From positions 704,001 to 768,000 of the forward strand of contig OZ252220.1 in the NCBI GenBank assembly GCA_965249135.1: a DNA stretch of 64,000 nucleotides. The letters are read 5' to 3'. Numbering within the stretch: the first letter of the stretch is position 1; every line of letters begins with the position of its first letter. Source of the DNA: Alphaproteobacteria bacterium (GTDB lineage: Bacteria > Pseudomonadota > Alphaproteobacteria > GCA-2746255). Shown one piece after another: positions 59,583 through 64,000 of this stretch. The translations under genes were made by a program, and so were the position numbers. Under the pieces are notes generated by a model. The model saw only the letters and a list, made by a program, of their open reading frames with translations, was not told where the DNA came from and made no database searches.

Positions 59583-60677
59583 GTGCAAGTTTCAACCATC
59601 CTCTCGCGTTATATCGGCCGACAGTTTCTGCTTGGCTTCCTTGCCATGTTGGCCTTGCTGGTTACGCTTATCCTATTCATCGACATCGTCGAATTGCTGC
59701 GGCGATCGGCCGTGCGTCCCGCCGTTACGATGGGTGACGTTTTCGGAATGGCCTTCCTGAAAATGCCCGATATGGCACAGAAAATAACGCCATTTGCCAT
59801 CCTGTTCAGTGGCTTGTTCGTCTTCTGGCGTTTGGCGCGACACCACGAGCTTGTCGTCATCCGAGGCGCGGGTCTTTCCGCCTGGCAGTTCCTGCTTCCG
59901 GTGCTGATCGTTGCCATCGGTATTGGGATTTTCAAAATTGCGGTTTTCAACCCACTCGCCTCCATCATGCTTACCCGATACGAGCAATTGGAAAACAAGT
60001 TGCTTCGTGGGAGGTCGAGCCTGCTTGCGCTCTCCACTTCCGGGCTTTGGTTGCGTCAAGCGAACGAAAACGATCAGTCGGTCATTCACGCGTTACGCAT
60101 GTCCCAGGACGATATGTCGTTCCAAGGCGTCACCATCTTCCTTTTTGAGGGAGCGGATCGCTTCACGAGCAGGATCGATGCCGAGTCTGCGCGTTTGCAG
60201 AAGGGGTATTGGCAATTGAAGAACGCGTGGCTCTCCGCCCCGGATCGTCCGGCGAAGTATGCCGGAAGCTATCGCGTAAAAACGGACCTTACGATCGAGA
60301 AGATTCAGGACAGCTTCGCCTCACCGGAAACGCTCTCCTTCTGGGAACTCCCGATTTTCATCGATACCCTGGAAAAAGCCGGCTTTTCAGCCAGGCGGCA
60401 TCGACTGCACTGGCATTCCCTGCTGGCTGAGCCCTTGCTGTTTTGCTCGATGGTGCTGATTGCCGCAACGTTTATGCTGCGACGCAGCCGTACGACAAAC
60501 AATGCGGCGCTGATTGCGATGGCGGCATTGGCGGGATTTCTTCTTTTTTTCCTTTCGGACGTCGTGCGCGCGCTTGGTCTTTCCGAGAAACTGCCCGTCG
60601 TGCTGGCCGCTTGGACGCCGGCCGGCGTCACCATGCTCCTTGCCCTTGCCATGATTCTCCACCTTGAGGATGGCTAA
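59583..60677 (+). CDS. lptG: LPS export ABC permease
   Basis: L.RYI, ELVVIR.AG.SAWQFL.P, GLWLRQ, LAAWTP, LHLEDG. Confidence 0.9.
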   Translation: MQVSTILSRYIGRQFLLGFLAMLALLVTLILFIDIVELLRRSAVRPAVTMGDVFGMAFLKMPDMAQKITPFAILFSGLFVFWRLARHHELVVIRGAGLSAWQFLLPVLIVAIGIGIFKIAVFNPLASIMLTRYEQLENKLLRGRSSLLALSTSGLWLRQANENDQSVIHALRMSQDDMSFQGVTIFLFEGADRFTSRIDAESARLQKGYWQLKNAWLSAPDRPAKYAGSYRVKTDLTIEKIQDSFASPETLSFWELPIFIDTLEKAGFSARRHRLHWHSLLAEPLLFCSMVLIAATFMLRRSRTTNNAALIAMAALAGFLLFFLSDVVRALGLSEKLPVVLAAWTPAGVTMLLALAMILHLEDG

Positions 60678-60682
60678 GCATC

Positions 60683-62851
60683 ATGCGCCGGCTGAGTCTC
60701 GTTGGACTGGCTGTCTGTTGGTTGCTCGGTCTCGTGCATCCCATGCCTGGCTACGGCGCGAAAGCGGCGAGTAGCGGTGAAACCCCCATTTTGCTTCGTG
60801 CCGACGAAGTGCGTCACGACGAGGAACGCGACGTCGTCATTGCCCGCGGGAAGGTGGAAATCACCCAAGGTGCGCGCATTCTCCTTGCCGACACGGTGAC
60901 CTACAACGAACGCGCCGATCTCCTCACCGCTTCCGGGAATGTCATACTGATGGAACCCACCGGTGAAGTCGTCTTCGGCGATTACATGACGCTGACCAAT
61001 GACCTGCGGGAAGGTGTCGTTCGCCACATTCGCATGCGCCTTGAAGATGATTCGCGACTTGCCGCCGTATCCGGCACGCGCACGCAGGGCACCTTCTCGG
61101 AATTTCGCAAGACGGTGTTCTCCCCTTGCGATCTATGCAAAGAGGATCCAACCCGCGCACCTTTGTGGCAGTTGAAATCGATGAGTGTCACGCATGACCG
61201 AATCGCCAGGGAAATTGAATATAAGGACGCCTTCTTCGAATTCTTCGGCGTCCCCATCGTTTACACGCCCTATCTTTCACACCCCGATCCGACGGTGAAA
61301 CGGCGAAGCGGATTGCTCGCCCCAAGCTATGGCAGTTCGACCGAACTCGGATTGCGGGCGCAGATCCCGTACTATTTCAACATCGCCCCCGACAAGGATG
61401 CGACCTTCGCTCCGATCTTCACCTCGAAAGAAGGGGTCGTCCTGGCCGGCGAATACCGTCAGCATTTCACCCACGGCGAAATTGAAATCGCCGGCAGCAT
61501 TACGGAGGCCGACGAACGGCAGGAAGGAATCGTCGTCCCTGGCAAAGAGGAAATCCGCGGCCATGTGAAAGGCAAGGCGCGCTTCGACCTCGATCGGACG
61601 TGGCGGACAGGTCTCGATGTCTTCCGTTCGACGGACGACACCTATCTTCGGCGATACGACTTCAGCAGCGAAGATACGCTGACGACGAATGCTTTTCTCG
61701 AAGGATTCCGTGGCCATAACTACGCGTCCGCAAATGCGTATCTCTTCCAGGGCCTGCGCCAGACGGACGATCCGGACGCGACGCCTCTCATTCTTCCCGT
61801 CATCGACTACAATTATGTCGGCAAGCCGAATCGTCGCGGTGCCCGCTGGAGCCTGGATGCCAACCTGCTTTCGCTTACCCGCGAGCTAGGCGCGGACAGC
61901 CATCGCCTGTCCGTCAAGCCGGGCTGGCAGCTTACCCACACGGCGGCGGCCGGCCATGTGACGACGCTTTCGACATCGCTTCAAATGGATGGGTATCTCA
62001 GCAACGACGTCACGGATGCGATCAACCCCGGCGGGGGCTTGCGGGATGGTTTCGCAGGCCGGGCCCATCCGCAACTCATGGTCGATTGGCGCTACCCCTT
62101 TGTTCGGGAAGACGGGCAGGCCCATCAACTGATCGAACCGGTGATCTCCTTCGTTGCCGCCCCCAACGGCGGGAATTCGGAAAAAATCTCGAACGAGGAC
62201 AGTCAGAATTTCGAGTTCGACACGACGAATCTGCTGCTCCCAAGCCGCTTTACCGGCCTCGACCGGGTCGAGGGTGGCCAGCGGGTGAATTATGGGCTCA
62301 GACTCGGGGTCTTCGGCTCAGGGGGCGGTAACACGTCCATCTTCTTCGGCCAAAGCTATCGGATCCGGGAAGACAGCACCTTTACTGCGGGCTCCGGCCT
62401 GGAGGGCCACCTCTCCGACTTCGTCGGCGAGGTCGAAGTCTCCCCCATCAGCGACCTCAACGTGATTTACCGCACCCGCATGGACAAGGATGGCTTCCTG
62501 GCACAGCGCAGCGAGCTTGAATTTGGGGCCGGTCCGGCCGCCCTTCACGTCGACGTCAACTACTTCTTTATCCGGGGATCGGCCACCAACCCCGAGTTCG
62601 GCGATCGCGAGGAGCTCACCACTTCACTCCGTTCAAAAATAACGAAAAACTGGACGTTTCTCGCCTCGAACCGGCGGGATTTCGAGCTGGACAGCACCCT
62701 CCATTGGAGCGCCGGCATCGGCTATGTGGACGAATGCGTCAACCTCTTGTTCACCTTCACCCGCAGCTTCACCCAGGATCGGGATGTGAAGCCGGCCGAC
62801 ATCTATTTCCTTCGCATCATCCTCAAACATCTTGGAGAAGTGGCCATCTGA
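60683..62851 (+). CDS. lptD: LPS assembly outer membrane protein
   Basis: OstA-like N-terminus, FSPCDLC, RRSGLL.P, PNEDS-like SNEDS, YVDEC. Confidence 0.92.
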   Translation: MRRLSLVGLAVCWLLGLVHPMPGYGAKAASSGETPILLRADEVRHDEERDVVIARGKVEITQGARILLADTVTYNERADLLTASGNVILMEPTGEVVFGDYMTLTNDLREGVVRHIRMRLEDDSRLAAVSGTRTQGTFSEFRKTVFSPCDLCKEDPTRAPLWQLKSMSVTHDRIAREIEYKDAFFEFFGVPIVYTPYLSHPDPTVKRRSGLLAPSYGSSTELGLRAQIPYYFNIAPDKDATFAPIFTSKEGVVLAGEYRQHFTHGEIEIAGSITEADERQEGIVVPGKEEIRGHVKGKARFDLDRTWRTGLDVFRSTDDTYLRRYDFSSEDTLTTNAFLEGFRGHNYASANAYLFQGLRQTDDPDATPLILPVIDYNYVGKPNRRGARWSLDANLLSLTRELGADSHRLSVKPGWQLTHTAAAGHVTTLSTSLQMDGYLSNDVTDAINPGGGLRDGFAGRAHPQLMVDWRYPFVREDGQAHQLIEPVISFVAAPNGGNSEKISNEDSQNFEFDTTNLLLPSRFTGLDRVEGGQRVNYGLRLGVFGSGGGNTSIFFGQSYRIREDSTFTAGSGLEGHLSDFVGEVEVSPISDLNVIYRTRMDKDGFLAQRSELEFGAGPAALHVDVNYFFIRGSATNPEFGDREELTTSLRSKITKNWTFLASNRRDFELDSTLHWSAGIGYVDECVNLLFTFTRSFTQDRDVKPADIYFLRIILKHLGEVAI

Positions 62852-62967
62852 TCCGTATAATAAGGGCCGGGAAGCGCTTCTTCTTTGCCAGACGGCCGGT
62901 CGATCGATAGAAGGCCTTGCGGGTGACGGACTCGATCCGAAGCGAAGTGCAGAAATTTCGAAATCAA

Positions 62968-64000
62968 ATGCGATTCCTTTTTCTCGCCACGTTATTGGTC
63001 GCGCTAGGACTGTCGCCTGTGCAGGCGGCGGAAACGCAACGCATCGCCGCCGTTGTCAACGAAGATGCCATCTCCGATTTCGATCTTGACGCTCGCATAC
63101 AGTTGATCGCTTTTACGGCGAACCTTCGCGACTCGACGGAAATCCTTCGTCGGATGATGCCCGATATTCTACGAACCCTGATCGACGAGCAATTGAAGAT
63201 TCAGGAAGCGGCGCGACTCGAAATTAAAATCGAGGAGGAGGAGCTGGAAGCCGCGAAGCGGCGAATCGAAAGCCGGAACGGCATCCCGGATGGCGACCTG
63301 AATGATACGTTGGCCAGAGAGGGCATTCCTCCTTCAACGGTCGTCACGCAGATTCACGCAGCCCTTGCCTGGGAAAAAATTGTCCGCAGACGGGTTTATC
63401 CGAGGATCATCATCAGCGAGGACGAAGTCGACGAACAGATGGCCCGGCTGCAGCAATTCGAAGGTGTGCCGGAATACCTGCTATCGGAGATCTTCCTTGC
63501 GGTTGAGGATCCGAACCACGAAGACGCCGTCCTTCAAACCATCAAGCAGGCGGCCGAGGAGGCACGTGCCGAGGCCAGCTCCTCCGAAGCCAATGCCGAG
63601 GCCAAGTTTCCCCGTCTCGCCAGGCAGTTTTCACAAGGGGTTACGGCACTTTCCGGCGGCGACCTTGGATGGATCCGGCAGGGGCAGCTGGAGCCGGAAC
63701 TGGATCGGGTCGTCCTGCAAATGGAGGCAGGCGCCATCTCGGATCCGATCCGCTCGGAGGAAGGCTACCATGTCCTTTGGCTACGCGATCAGCGCAGGAT
63801 CGGCGAAACGGGGGAATTGGATACCGTGAGCCTAAGCCAAATCCTGTTTCCGCTGCAGCCAAATGCCGAGCCGAACGACGTCAACGCCACCATCACCAAG
63901 GCGCAGAATGAAAGAGCGAGTTTGAGTGGTTGCGTGGCGATGAATCGTTTAGCCGAAGTAATGGGCACACCCCTATCGGGCAGTCTGGGCACGGTGCAGC
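62968..64000 (+). CDS. surA: SurA-type peptidyl-prolyl isomerase chaperone (runs off the window end)
   Basis: MRFLFLATLL...QRIAAVVNEDAISDFDL..RI, LIDE.LK.QEA, GGDLGWI, ISDPIRS..GYHV. Confidence 0.85.
   Translation, partial: MRFLFLATLLVALGLSPVQAAETQRIAAVVNEDAISDFDLDARIQLIAFTANLRDSTEILRRMMPDILRTLIDEQLKIQEAARLEIKIEEEELEAAKRRIESRNGIPDGDLNDTLAREGIPPSTVVTQIHAALAWEKIVRRRVYPRIIISEDEVDEQMARLQQFEGVPEYLLSEIFLAVEDPNHEDAVLQTIKQAAEEARAEASSSEANAEAKFPRLARQFSQGVTALSGGDLGWIRQGQLEPELDRVVLQMEAGAISDPIRSEEGYHVLWLRDQRRIGETGELDTVSLSQILFPLQPNAEPNDVNATITKAQNERASLSGCVAMNRLAEVMGTPLSGSLGTVQ

Overview
Chromosomal window from an alphaproteobacterium (Rhodospirillales-like gene order, divK-pleD, CtrA, LexA and sigma54 motifs), with two distinct parts. 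(1) Positions 1-24.5 kb are a decaying composite island next to tRNA-Ser(GCT). It holds a GC-rich, lambda-like cos prophage remnant: DUF2924/large serine recombinase module, XRE-ImmA-Com-sigma control region, Sak4/SSB/exonuclease/RecD/primase/RuvC replication operon, late promoter, cos site, and PAPS-reductase-like and ParB genes. The structural genes appear to have been lost at a microhomology junction with an acetolactate synthase gene. Cargo and flanking genes are HigBA, DUF2914, a PD-(D/E)XK protein, a repeat-rich autotransporter, an IS481-like element and a broken xis/tyrosine integrase. (2) Positions 24.5-64 kb are core genome (gatCAB, yqgF, pyrB/pyrC', plsY, dprA, topA, rnr, rpmG, pleD, divK, eipB, aspS, rnd, hdaA, purMN, ndk, holC, pepA, lptFGD, surA). 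The most striking signals are non-coding and lie in the prophage: a Com-type zinc-finger gene followed by a start-codon-abutting hairpin and a phage sigma factor; a 31-bp motif placed head-out before both the replication and recombination operons; a LexA box; tandem NrdR-like boxes over the late promoter; and a lambda-like cosQ/cosN/cosB. Nearly every lytic or mobility gene is broken, while the repressor and cargo are intact. Family assignments come from motif recognition by eye, not database searches.
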